Assembly: GCA_047285535.1 (NCBI GenBank)
Contig: JBJBDC010000001.1
Coordinates: 1,280,136-1,344,135 of the forward strand
DNA: 64,000 nucleotides
From: Synechococcus sp.
Lineage (GTDB): Bacteria; Cyanobacteriota; Cyanobacteriia; PCC-6307; Cyanobiaceae
Direction: 5' to 3'
The notes below the pieces were generated by a model. The model was given only the letters and a program-made list of their open reading frames with translations. It was not told the DNA's origin and did no database searches. The position numbers and the translations under genes are program-made. Positions 31,939 through 42,200 of this stretch are shown piece after piece. The number at the start of each line of letters is the position of its first letter. The stretch's first letter is position 1.

Positions 31939-32649
31939 ATGACTACTCGTCCGGAATTACGTGAAGACGCCCTAATGATGGCAGTTGGCATCCTGCAATC
32001 AGCAAAGGATCCTGAACATCTTTTCAAGCATGCCAAATACTTATCTATGGCTACTAATAAATCAGAGCTTCAAGAGCAGGGTGTCAAACAGCTCTTGGAT
32101 CATCCACAGCTTCAACCTTTGATAGAGGAACGATTTGCCATCCCGTGGCCCTCACTCGACGAGATGAGTGCAATGCCAAAAGGGAGCCTTGGTTTTTGTA
32201 TGCAGCAAAGACAGAGAGGCCTGGGCATTGATCAGCTACCAATACCATTGCCAACAACGGACAAGAAGGAGGATTACGTCATGTACAGGACCTCAATATG
32301 TCATGACCTCCACCATCTCGTTCTGGGTCTACCAATCTCGGCAGGTGGAGAAGCATCAGACGCTGCTTACACCTTAATTAAAAAAAGGATGCCACTCCAC
32401 TTAGGGTTGTTAACGACTTGGTTAACTCACGGACTCATTGAACCCGAAGAACATCGAATGATCTGGGAAGGAATTTGTTTCGGAGCGAGGGTTGGTTTAG
32501 ATGGGCCTTTCTTAGATGCTTATCGTTGGGAAGAAGGATGGGAGCGCCCCTTGGAAGACTGGCGAGCGGAACTTGGTCTTCTTCCTCTCCTGGAAAAGTC
32601 TCCTTTTCCAGATGAAGTCCATCGCTGGGAGGCACTTCATCCTGACTGA
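31939..32649 (+). CDS. Coq4-like protein
   Basis: MPKGSLG, HDLHHLVLG...GE motif, RWEEGWERPLEDWRAELG. Confidence 0.8.
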   Translation: MTTRPELREDALMMAVGILQSAKDPEHLFKHAKYLSMATNKSELQEQGVKQLLDHPQLQPLIEERFAIPWPSLDEMSAMPKGSLGFCMQQRQRGLGIDQLPIPLPTTDKKEDYVMYRTSICHDLHHLVLGLPISAGGEASDAAYTLIKKRMPLHLGLLTTWLTHGLIEPEEHRMIWEGICFGARVGLDGPFLDAYRWEEGWERPLEDWRAELGLLPLLEKSPFPDEVHRWEALHPD

Positions 32650-32838
32650 TTCACTCGCGTGAAGACCCAGAGTCAAAGAACTTTATTCTCAACTGCAGCC
32701 AATATTGATGCACACTTTCATGAGGGCCTTTAACTTGCTTGTGGTCAACAAGCAATAAAAACCCTTGTCATTGCACGGCTAGAGAATACTTTTTGCTAAT
32801 TGTAATCATACTAATTCCGCGCCAATTCACAGCTTCCG

Positions 32839-34569
32839 TCAGAATCTAAAACTAGTTTTCAATACCCCTCCGAAGTTATTAAATGTACTGCCAGGAACAT
32901 TAAGGTCTATACCGGTCACGGCGCCAAGAGGGCGACTTAGGTAGTAGATCGCAGGCGTAATCGTGATGTTATCGGACACCTGAAATGCATACCATAATTC
33001 CCATGCATAATTCCCGTCAGCAATAAAATCACTCCCATTAAATTGATCGGATACGTTCTCCCAACTGGTTACGAAAGTTGGCTGCCCGACGGCTATTCCC
33101 AACGTATTACCTTTCAAGAAAGTATCGGCCCATTCCAGGCCGACGTACCATGATTGAGAAACTGCAGTATTAAAAAACTTAGGGCCAGAACCCTCAACCA
33201 ACTGAGATGTATTCTTTGAAATAATATTACTATAGCCCCATCCAAGACTAATGCTGGGGATCCACGAAGGTTCCTTGGGAGTCCACCATGCGCTTAAGCC
33301 AAATGAATTTGAATTGCCAAATTCGGAAAGCGAATATGCAAATGGAGTGGCCGATCCTCCATAGATACCAGCACCATTTTCGCCTGAAGAATAGTTGTAA
33401 GCAGCAGCTACTCCCCAATTATTGGGTGCATATGCAATTTGAACCGTACCGTTGGACGCTGCTCCGTTAGTCGCAATGCCACCGATGCTGGGGTTGGAAT
33501 TTGCACCCCCATCAAAGGCGTTGGAGTAAGCACCATCGAAGGCATCACCACCAGTCACAACATAGTTTGCACTGATACTAAAGGCATCCTTTTCGAACGA
33601 AAGACCAGCACCTTGCCCCAGGGCGAGGTTATAGGCCTGAGGGGCACCGGCATAGGCAAAGAAGGCAAGAATAGACTCAGTGGTGTAAGCACTAGGCCAT
33701 ACCGCCAGCATTTCGTCCTGACGAACTAAGGCACCTAAAGTAATTGTGAGATTGTCCCTGAATGGGAATTGATAAAAGAGGCGATTGACGCTCAATGAGT
33801 TCGACTTAGAAGGCTCTTGGAATGCAACTTCTAATTCATTAAGACCAACATATGTGTCCTCGCCAAATACAGAATTCGAAAAGTTGCCAGCACGCAGCAT
33901 GGTGCGCAGTAGATCCTTACCCGTGAAGCTGGTGTCTATATAGATCCTCTGATCGTAATTAAAGGTGGTGGCACCAGTTAATGCAGCAGCTTCGTCTGCT
34001 TTAGGCGTTTCAGATGTGCCTAATCTCTTCCATACACCACCAATTTTTTCGAAAAGCTCTTCAGTTCTGCCTTGCTTGGCATCGCCACCAAAGCTGTTCG
34101 CACCAATCACGAAGGTGGCTTGACCTTTCAGCTTGGTGGTGGTGGAGAACTGAGTGGCTTCCAGTTCACCAACACGGGCTTCCAGTCCGTCCACACGGCC
34201 CTTGAGGATGGCGAGTTCCTTCTCGAACTCTTTCATCAGGCGCTTGAGTTCGTCGGTCACTTCGGTGACGCGATCGAGACAGGCGTTCAACAGAGCAGCC
34301 GCTTCAAAGCGGGTCATCGCCCTGTTGCCGCGGTAGGTGCCGTTGGGGTATCCAGCGACGCAGCCGTAACGCTCGATCAGGTTGCTCAGGGCCTGATAGG
34401 CCCAATCCGTGGGGTACACATCAGAAAACTGAGTGATGCTGGTGACTTGTTCACCAGTGGCGGTGTAGTCAGATACACCGTTGATGTTGAGCTCAGTGGC
34501 GTTCGCAGCCATAGGGGCCAGAAGGCCAAGAGCTGCTGGAGCCACCAGCAGTTTGTGGAACAGTTTCAT
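32839..34569 (-). CDS. som: Som-type outer-membrane porin with SLH domain
   Basis: MKLFHKLLVAPAALGL, FSDVYPTDWAYQAL, QFSTTTKLKG, terminal TSFRF. Confidence 0.95.
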   Translation of the reverse strand: MKLFHKLLVAPAALGLLAPMAANATELNINGVSDYTATGEQVTSITQFSDVYPTDWAYQALSNLIERYGCVAGYPNGTYRGNRAMTRFEAAALLNACLDRVTEVTDELKRLMKEFEKELAILKGRVDGLEARVGELEATQFSTTTKLKGQATFVIGANSFGGDAKQGRTEELFEKIGGVWKRLGTSETPKADEAAALTGATTFNYDQRIYIDTSFTGKDLLRTMLRAGNFSNSVFGEDTYVGLNELEVAFQEPSKSNSLSVNRLFYQFPFRDNLTITLGALVRQDEMLAVWPSAYTTESILAFFAYAGAPQAYNLALGQGAGLSFEKDAFSISANYVVTGGDAFDGAYSNAFDGGANSNPSIGGIATNGAASNGTVQIAYAPNNWGVAAAYNYSSGENGAGIYGGSATPFAYSLSEFGNSNSFGLSAWWTPKEPSWIPSISLGWGYSNIISKNTSQLVEGSGPKFFNTAVSQSWYVGLEWADTFLKGNTLGIAVGQPTFVTSWENVSDQFNGSDFIADGNYAWELWYAFQVSDNITITPAIYYLSRPLGAVTGIDLNVPGSTFNNFGGVLKTSFRF

Positions 34570-34575
34570 TTTCGG

Positions 34576-34585
34576 TCCTCACACC
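34576..34585 (-). promoter_or_regulatory. Yfr1-type sRNA target site / RBS in the som 5' UTR
   Basis: GGTGTGAGGA just before the ATG, complementary to the Yfr1 core ACUCCUCACAC. Confidence 0.7.
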
Positions 34586-34710
34586 AAAAACTTGCGTTAC
34601 TCAGACGCACTGCTTCGATCCTCAACAGTGCCAACGAACCATCCCGTTTACGCATCCTGCGTGCAATCGATTGGGGTCAGTTTCAGCTTTGCTGCTAATC
34701 GGTAGGCACT

Positions 34711-34734
34711 AAAAACCCCGCTCGTGGCGGGGTT
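34711..34734 (-). terminator. Rho-independent terminator
   Basis: AACCCCGC/GCGGGGTT stem with U-tract on the minus strand. Confidence 0.7.
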
Positions 34735-34798
34735 CACATCCATAGATTTGAACTAGACATTCAACTATCTTTCTTCTACTCCCATCCAAATTTAAACT

Positions 34799-35062
34799 TT
34801 AAGAATCCTTCTCTTTGGATAAACGTTTTTTATTAGCGTTCCATTTCTTCTTTTTTCCAAACCACTTTAGTTGCCATTGTCTTGCTCCTGCTTGTGCGCC
34901 AGAGGCTCTTTGTAATCCGGAAAAGACGCGATGCTTTTGCCTTGCCAAGGCGTTGTGTTGAACAAATTCTTGAGTTGCACTGACTCCATTAAAGAAACTT
35001 GAGGCAAGAGTCAAAGACAGGAGAGTGAGCATGCCAATTTTTCTGTAATTTTTAAGGTCCAT
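34799..35062 (-). CDS. Small basic secreted hypothetical protein
   Basis: Signal-like N-terminus, Lys/Trp-rich tail, followed by a terminator. Confidence 0.45.
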   Translation of the reverse strand: MDLKNYRKIGMLTLLSLTLASSFFNGVSATQEFVQHNALARQKHRVFSGLQRASGAQAGARQWQLKWFGKKKKWNANKKRLSKEKDS

Positions 35063-35230
35063 GATTCAAGGTGCTGTGGAGTCTTTGCCTCCTGTGAACT
35101 CACCTTCTCAGGACTCAACAGATCACTCGATGACCCAGCTCAACCGTGGCTTTGATGTTGCGTACCAAGACCAATCCATTCGCTTCCCTTGCATTCATCT
35201 TTCCTGCCCTAATCAATGGGCATCCAGCAG

Positions 35231-35359
35231 CTTTGAAGTCACCGTGCTGCAGCGTCACCGCTTCCTCGTGCTCGGCGTTGTCGGTTGGATAGAACCTGCC
35301 AAACCATTGTCTAGGCCTCCTTTGAACCACACCCAAACCTTTGTGCGGGCCTAGCTCAT
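35231..35359 (-). pseudogene. Degraded copy of ORF 49938-50174
   Basis: MS*ARTKVWVWFKGGLD...AVTLQHGDFK; TAG at codon 3, frameshift, 3' truncation. Confidence 0.85.
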
Positions 35360-35524
35360 GCTGATCTCCCGAAGCAGCTGACCCAAGGGGCAGCAGGCAG
35401 TGCAGCATGGTGAATCCAACGAAGACCAGTGGCATGGACCCCAGCATGACTCCGGGGCGGAATCAGCACCCCGACTGCACTTCATTGCTCTGTCAGCTCT
35501 GCTTCATCGTTCGGATCATCGGGC

Positions 35525-36310
35525 ATGCCTCTGTCGCGTGATCGCCCCCACCTCCTTAGGTCCTGGCGTGAGTGGTTAAGAGGGACCCTCGATGCTGCCT
35601 TCATGGATCTGTTGCCATGGCTGTTGATGTCATGGATCGGAGGATCCGGCCGTGTGTTGGTGGGTGCTTGCGTTGGTTTACTGCTCACAGCACTGGCTGT
35701 ACTTCTGCGGGGATTGCCCTGGCGCCTGCTACAGCTTGAGGCCCTGGCCACCGTCACCTTTTTCTTGTTTCTGGTGATGGCCTTGCTAGCTCCAGCCAGT
35801 AGTCAGGACTGGCTGGCTGAGCATGCTGATCAACTCAGTGACAGCCTCTTCATGGCCTTTGTACTGGGGGGAAATCTGCTGGGCCGCCCCTTCACCGAGG
35901 ACTATGCCCGCATGGAACTGCCGGAGCATCTGCTTAGACAGGCTCCTTATCGCAAAACCATGATGGTGTTGGCCTGGGTCTGGTTTGCGGCTTTCGCACT
36001 CCAAAGTGCCATGGGGCTTGTGGCTGATCTGGTCTTTGATCAGCCCGATGAACTCTGGTGGGGATGGCTGCTGCCCCTGGCGGTGATCATGGCCGCAATG
36101 ACGTTCACCGAGCAGTTCACAGCATCGAAACGTCAGCAGAGTCGCTTGTCATGGCGAGCCTGTCTGATCTGGTTTCCGACCTATCTGATCCTTTGTAGCG
36201 TCATGGTCCTGACCACGGGAGCTGGGATCTGGCTGGGAGTTCTGTTACTGGGGTTGGGACTGATCGGCACAGGTCTGCGGTGGCGAAAACCCCAAACAAG
36301 TCAGCACTAA
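35525..36310 (+). CDS. Multi-pass membrane protein
   Basis: About 8 TMs, GRPFTEDYAR motif. Confidence 0.7.
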   Translation: MPLSRDRPHLLRSWREWLRGTLDAAFMDLLPWLLMSWIGGSGRVLVGACVGLLLTALAVLLRGLPWRLLQLEALATVTFFLFLVMALLAPASSQDWLAEHADQLSDSLFMAFVLGGNLLGRPFTEDYARMELPEHLLRQAPYRKTMMVLAWVWFAAFALQSAMGLVADLVFDQPDELWWGWLLPLAVIMAAMTFTEQFTASKRQQSRLSWRACLIWFPTYLILCSVMVLTTGAGIWLGVLLLGLGLIGTGLRWRKPQTSQH

Positions 36311-36567
36311 ATCGTCTTAACGGTGTTTTGGTCGGGACTGTTTTTTCAGACCTGCAGATGTGCGGAACTCTCACCCGATCAGCAGGGCTTCACAGAAGCC
36401 AGCCAGCGGGTCAAGCGCTGCACGCCCAAGTGGTGAACTGGCTTCTCGGGTGTAATCAAGATCACATGCTGTGATGATTTAGCGCATCACAAAAGACATA
36501 CATTGCTGCAAAAGTAAAAAAGTCAAAGCAGCAGTGCTTTAAAAATCAACCCATCTCAATTAACATC

Positions 36568-36903
36568 ATGAAATCTTATTCACTAGCAAGCATGCTTTCC
36601 CAGCTCGCAGTTTTGGTGCCTGTGATTGGATCTGGATTCATATTTGCTGCTCCAGTCCAGGTAAATGCTAAAACATATTCGTGTATTTACGGAGAGGCTT
36701 TAAATGATCCGAATTGCACAATATTTGCATTGATTTGCAATGCTAGTGATAAAAATACCGGCACTTCTTTTCCGGGAGGTCAAACTTGCGATATTCCAGA
36801 CAAAGCCAAAGGTCGTGAGATAAATAAGTTGCGCAAGTATTCTCGGCCAACACGTCGAAACACAAGGAGGCTAAAAACCACTGCAAGTACGAGATCTCGA
36901 TAA
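36568..36903 (+). CDS. Secreted four-Cys small protein
   Basis: Signal ending VNA, 4 Cys, Arg-rich tail, hairpin at ~36931-36948. Confidence 0.5.
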   Translation: MKSYSLASMLSQLAVLVPVIGSGFIFAAPVQVNAKTYSCIYGEALNDPNCTIFALICNASDKNTGTSFPGGQTCDIPDKAKGREINKLRKYSRPTRRNTRRLKTTASTRSR

Positions 36904-37082
36904 GAATTTAAACTGGCATTTTTTACACATACCCCGCTAAATGCGGGGCATGTCTATTGCCTACCTCTAAAAGGGTGGTGAAGGCGCATCCAACATACGA
37001 GTGAAAGTGCATTTGCAGCAGATAGCCATAGGCTCAGACTGATTCGATGGGAACAAAATCTTCTTCGGTGCCATTGTTTAAC

Positions 37083-37106
37083 ACCCCGCAAAAAGCGGGG
37101 TTTTTT
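37083..37106 (+). terminator. Rho-independent terminator
   Basis: ACCCCGC-AAAAA-GCGGGGT followed by T-tract. Confidence 0.65.
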
Positions 37107-37162
37107 ATTGCCTGCTGAAGAGCAGCAAAGCTGAAACTGCCTTACGTAAACGTGAACGTTTT

Positions 37163-37618
37163 TTACCGGCAGAGCTGAAAGCGAACAATGCTGCGGGTCA
37201 GGCCTTTTTCGGACCAGTTGGGCATCACCCTCCAAGGGGTGTGCACCGTGAGCACGTCGCCGTCGATCGCGAAAAAGCGGGTTTGTTCGGTACCAACCCA
37301 CTCGGGATTCCAAGCTACATCCACCTGTGTGATCCAGCGGTCACTCTCGAGGCGGTAGATGCCGGTGTAGGCGATCATGCTGCTCAGCAGGGCCGAGCGC
37401 TCTTCGGCGTTAGAAGCCGGTTTGCGCACCTCTGCCGAGAGCATGAAGGAGAGACGGCCTTCCGGAGTGAAGATCACATAACCAGTGGGCTGATTGCCCA
37501 TCGGCGCAAACGTGTAGCCGTTGGACTGTTGCTCGACGTCGTAGCTCAACAGCTGCCAGGCGCCAAGAACGGAGGGGGACGTAATGGCTTGAGCGGACTG
37601 AACCGTACTGACGATCAC
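37163..37618 (-). CDS. Lipocalin-like domain protein
   Basis: LGAWQLLSY, PMGNQPTGYVIFTPEG, IAYTGIY, PEWVGTEQTR; start uncertain. Confidence 0.8.
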   Translation of the reverse strand: MIVSTVQSAQAITSPSVLGAWQLLSYDVEQQSNGYTFAPMGNQPTGYVIFTPEGRLSFMLSAEVRKPASNAEERSALLSSMIAYTGIYRLESDRWITQVDVAWNPEWVGTEQTRFFAIDGDVLTVHTPWRVMPNWSEKGLTRSIVRFQLCR

Positions 37619-37841
37619 AACTGAACCTATTTCTGTGCGGCAACCTAACGATCGTGGTCCAGCTTCGACAGCCTTAATCGAGGCAATCCTGTGCAATTGA
37701 TGCCATGGAATGGCGATCCGGTAACAACAACAACGAAATCAATCAGCGGGCCCGAGCCCGGAAGGGCGTTGATGTATAGCTATCGATCTCCCGACAAAAC
37801 ATTCACTAGCCTCGCCACTAGAGCGGTTTTTTTATTGCAGC

Positions 37842-37880
37842 GGGGAATGCTTTAAGCAGTTACCTCTGATCAATGACCCT
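37842..37880 (+). repeat. 39-bp direct repeat, copy 1
   Basis: GGGGAATGCTTTAAGCAGTTACCTCTGATCAATGACCCT identical to 46172-46210. Confidence 0.95.
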
Positions 37881-38499
37881 CGAAGCACAGATGATGCTGG
37901 CTCTACATCAGGAGCTACTGATAGCGCGACGGGCTAATGACGCTGAGTGCTACAAGGCTTGGTTAGCCCTTAGCAATTAAGAGCTTGGAGGAGATGCGGC
38001 TGGCGAGGTCGAGTCAAATTGGATGGTGCCACTTTTAGTACTAAGGCAGAACAGACGTTTGTTTTCAGAACTGAACAACTCGCGCAGCCTATGAGCGGGT
38101 CACCTAACAAGCCGCACAACCATCATGCGTGATCGTTACGCCGTCGAACCTGGCAACGAACTCCAAACCGTCACAGTTGGAGCAACCTACATCGGTGATC
38201 TGACCTGTTCTCACAGTCAGCACAAGTTGATCTGCATCAGGCGCACTGCCAAGAGTGTGTAGATGAGCGTTGTCGATGCGCCCTACATCAACGGCAATGG
38301 ATTAATTCAAAGCGACGAAGCATGGCGCGTTCCTCGTCGCTCAAAGATCAAGTGGTCTGAATACAACGGCAAGCTGCAAGAAAGCACGGTTACTGACGGC
38401 TGAATATTCGATGCAGACGGCATTGATAACAGCAACGAGCCAAAGAGCTATTGATCAGCCGATAACCATCACCGCCCCCTTCGCGGGGGCTTAATCACC

Positions 38500-38661
38500 A
38501 TGACTGTTACTTCACCGCGCACAATGAAAATAGATGCTCATCTCTGGGCAGAAGTTAAACGAATCGCTGCATTTGGAGATCGATCATCATCGTATGTCGT
38601 GAATCGAATGATTGAAGCCAGCCTGAGTGATGACGCAGACGAATTAACACCTAAAACCTAA
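38500..38661 (+). CDS. Ribbon-helix-helix (Arc/CopG-like) protein, 53 aa
   Basis: MTVTSPRTMKIDAHLWAEVKRIAAFGDRSSSYVVNRMIEASL fits the RHH pattern. Confidence 0.6.
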   Translation: MTVTSPRTMKIDAHLWAEVKRIAAFGDRSSSYVVNRMIEASLSDDADELTPKT

Positions 38662-39273
38662 AAACCATTCAAGGAATCAGTATCATGGCACGTAAGAAAA
38701 TATCACCAGAAACACTGCATCAATTCATTAGGAGCACTTAATTCCTGATACTGCTCAGGGTTACGAAACTGTTTGTCAATTCACTGAAGAATATGAATTA
38801 AGTGCAGGCGCAATTTCTAATCTATTAGCAGCAAAGAAACATCTTCAAAACGCAATGGCATACGCCAAAGCTTGTGAAGTCATCGTAGATTATGAGGTAG
38901 AAGACTGATGAATCTACAACGGCATCTGTTCTAGTAGGCATCTGAGGGGTATCCTGATGGGGCCCCTGAAGGAATCAACCGCTATTGATTTTGGCATCAA
39001 GTGATTCAACCGTAATGCCGTTGAATTACGCACATTTCAAACGCATGGCTTGAGCAAGACATTGTTGATGAATCATGCTTTGAACTGGGATTCACTTAGG
39101 AAGGTGTTGTCCTTGTAAGCAGGCATGATTGCTCCACAAGAAAGGCGATGACCTAAAAGGAAATAGCTAGGGATAGGCAAAGCCCAACACAAACATACAA
39201 GATAAACTTTTGTAACAGCTACCTGATGCCCATCAACTTAATGCCAAAAGTATAAGCACTTAAGTTCAACAAC

Positions 39274-42200
39274 ATGGAGAAATTAAAATCTCATCAATTT
39301 CTCAGCAGATTCCAAAGACGTCAAGCAGATCAAGGATATAAGGAGTCTAAGTTTCTTCAATCGACATTTTTTTTCAGCCTGTTATTTCTGTTGGCATACA
39401 GTGCTGATGCGACTGCATTAAGCGCAAAAGCTGAAACCGAAGAGTCATCTCAATACACAATAAAAATCATCAATAATAGCGGCAAAACAATGTATATTCA
39501 AAGCAGGAGTCAAGATGGTTTTTATCTATTCCCAACACCTTTTACTGATCTGCCCATTTTAGAGCCTAATAGATTATCGTACCTTAAAGGGAAAAAGACT
39601 CAATGGCTTCCACTGGACAGCAAAACCCCATACTTCATAGATATAAAGGCTACTAATTCAACCACTGCTAAATATAATTCTGTAATAATAAATTTTGCTG
39701 CAACAACAGGAGGGGAGCCGAAAACGAATGAAACCTGGTCAGGTACGTCGGGATTATTCGATGGATATTATGCAAATGCAGAATTCACTGCCACGACAAG
39801 CAATCTAGATTTTGATACAACAAATGTTGACGCATTCAGTATCCCTTCCAGGTGGACCTGTAAAAAAGGAACGGAGACTTGCGACATACAAATTGGGGCA
39901 AAAACTCAGCCACAGAACCCCATGGGCAACCCTATTAAGAACCCTATTAAGATAGATAAGACTAGCAAAAGAAATAGCAATGGCGCTAAAGTTACTTACG
40001 AGTATACGAGAGATGGTATTTTTCGTGGATATCAGAATTACGTCAAAAAACACAGTATAAACAGTGTCAAAACATGGCAAAAAGCAATAATCAAGGATAA
40101 AACATTGAGTCAATACAAGGTCTTACTCAACCCAAACCATCTAACATCTAATAGCAGCTATAACCAATACAAAATCATAGGGATCCATCCTTTTGATACT
40201 GGATTAAAGCAAAACCTCAAGACGGCGATGACTAGTAAGTTTATTATCTCCGGTGCAGCAGGTGGTATCGAGAAAAAGATACCTTCCTATAATTACATAG
40301 CAAGTAAAACACCGTTGTCTCCTCAAGTATTAGGATTTTCTAGCATATCCAACATATCCAATAAAGGAAGTAAAGTAATTGATTTTGGTAATACTGTTGG
40401 GCTGGGGAGAATGTATGACAATGGTAGTGTTATGGGACTGAAATTCACTCAATGTACTGAAAAAGGTAGCAGTACAACAGGTTGCACACTACCTAAAGAT
40501 GTAGCGATGCCGACATCATATTTGGCGAATCCTTACACTCTTAACACAGTCATTACCGGCAACAGTGAAACGAAAGTAACGAAATCCAATCCGCCTACAG
40601 GGGCAGGATCAAATAAATGGCAAGGTTACAAGAGTGGAAAGATTATTCTCAAAAAACAAGACGCCAAAAATGTTAAACCAGGAATGTTTCTCGTATCTGC
40701 AGGTACAGCAGGTGGCTATGCAATTGATCCAAAAAAGAACCTGCCTTACAGCGCTATTTACGTTTCATCCAAAGAACCAACTAGCGGCTCAGAGACAACA
40801 ACAACAGTAAATCTGAAATCTGAGAAATGGACCAAAAATAATATTTGTCCTTCAGGACAGAAATGCAGTGATTGGGGGTACATTCAGCAAGGGCCTGCAC
40901 TGCTGAACCAACCTATCGTATTTTCATGGGCAAATGATGTTAATTACAACACAAGTCCTGCCAACCAAATCTTTGGCAACTCTGGAGTATTTGCAATAAA
41001 TAGAAATGATAAGAAAAAGTACTGTGGCGACAAAGGAATGGACGATTGTGATCAATCCACCATCATTGGCAACTTAAGGAATCAAGTGGTTACGGCACTA
41101 AACAGAGGGTCAGTTACACAAGGATTGATTCCTTCTGGTAAACCTGTTAATTCTGTTAAACCTGTTAATGAAGAATGGGGGAACGTAGCTAACTGGTATA
41201 AAGATAACCACAAAAATCCAAATAATTATAATCTTTATGCTGGGTATTTGCATACAAGCGGTGCAACACTTGAAGCCAACACAGATTCAAACGTTACTAC
41301 TTTCACGGGTGCTGCTTATGCCTTTGGCTTTGATGAAAACGCAAATCTTGTACCGAATAAATTTCAGGCCCAAGTACCCGCTGAAAATGGAAATATTGAG
41401 CCAGGATCGGTAATTACTCTTACATTAAATCCTTGGGGAGATTCTTCTGAAAATGCTCTTTCGAACTGTTCTTCTGCGTGTTGGAGAGGAGGGAGTGGTC
41501 AATGGAGTTCACCGAAATCTTGGAGTGATCAGCAACTGCCAAATTCATCATCAATCGTAGAATTTAATTCCGCGTATGCATCAGATAAAGGTGGCGTTGT
41601 GAATATAGATACAAAACTAGTTTCCGTCGAGGCTCTTGACCTCAGTGATGGGCCAGGAGCATTTCTTTTTGATGGCAATGCAATAACTTTATCGGGTACT
41701 TCCGGAATATACCCCTATGCGATTAGTAATAGTAGTGGCAACAAATTAGCTTTCAATAATGCTATTCAACTTAAATCCACTCAACCTCTGGATATTAATA
41801 CATTTTCAGGTGATATTATTATCAATAAAGACTTGGGTGGAGATTCTGGATGGATCAAAACGGGTGCAGATAAAATTCGCTTCAATCAAGTCAACGCATC
41901 TGGAAAAGGTCCCATACACATTTGGGATGGCACATTAGTTTTAGATCAATCTGATCTGACAAAAGCGCAATCAATTTCATCTAAAGAAGCTGGAAGCATC
42001 ATTGGCTCTGGTTCATTACCAGGTACCGCGGAAACTGGATCTATTCAAGGAATGATAAGCCCTGGTGGTCATGGAGTTGATTATGGGCAAATTGATTTCA
42101 AGGGGAATCTTAGCCTTGGTGATGGTGCTTATGTTTCTATGCGTACATTAAATGAAGACTTGTCTTTTTCTGATTTAATTCGAGTTGGTGGTGATCTATC

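Noticed and set aside
34072..34698. 208-aa plus-strand ORF
   Set aside because: Antisense shadow of the GC3-rich som 5' region
37700..37835. Possible structured ncRNA ending in a terminator-like hairpin
   Set aside because: Could not match any family or find a convincing fold by eye
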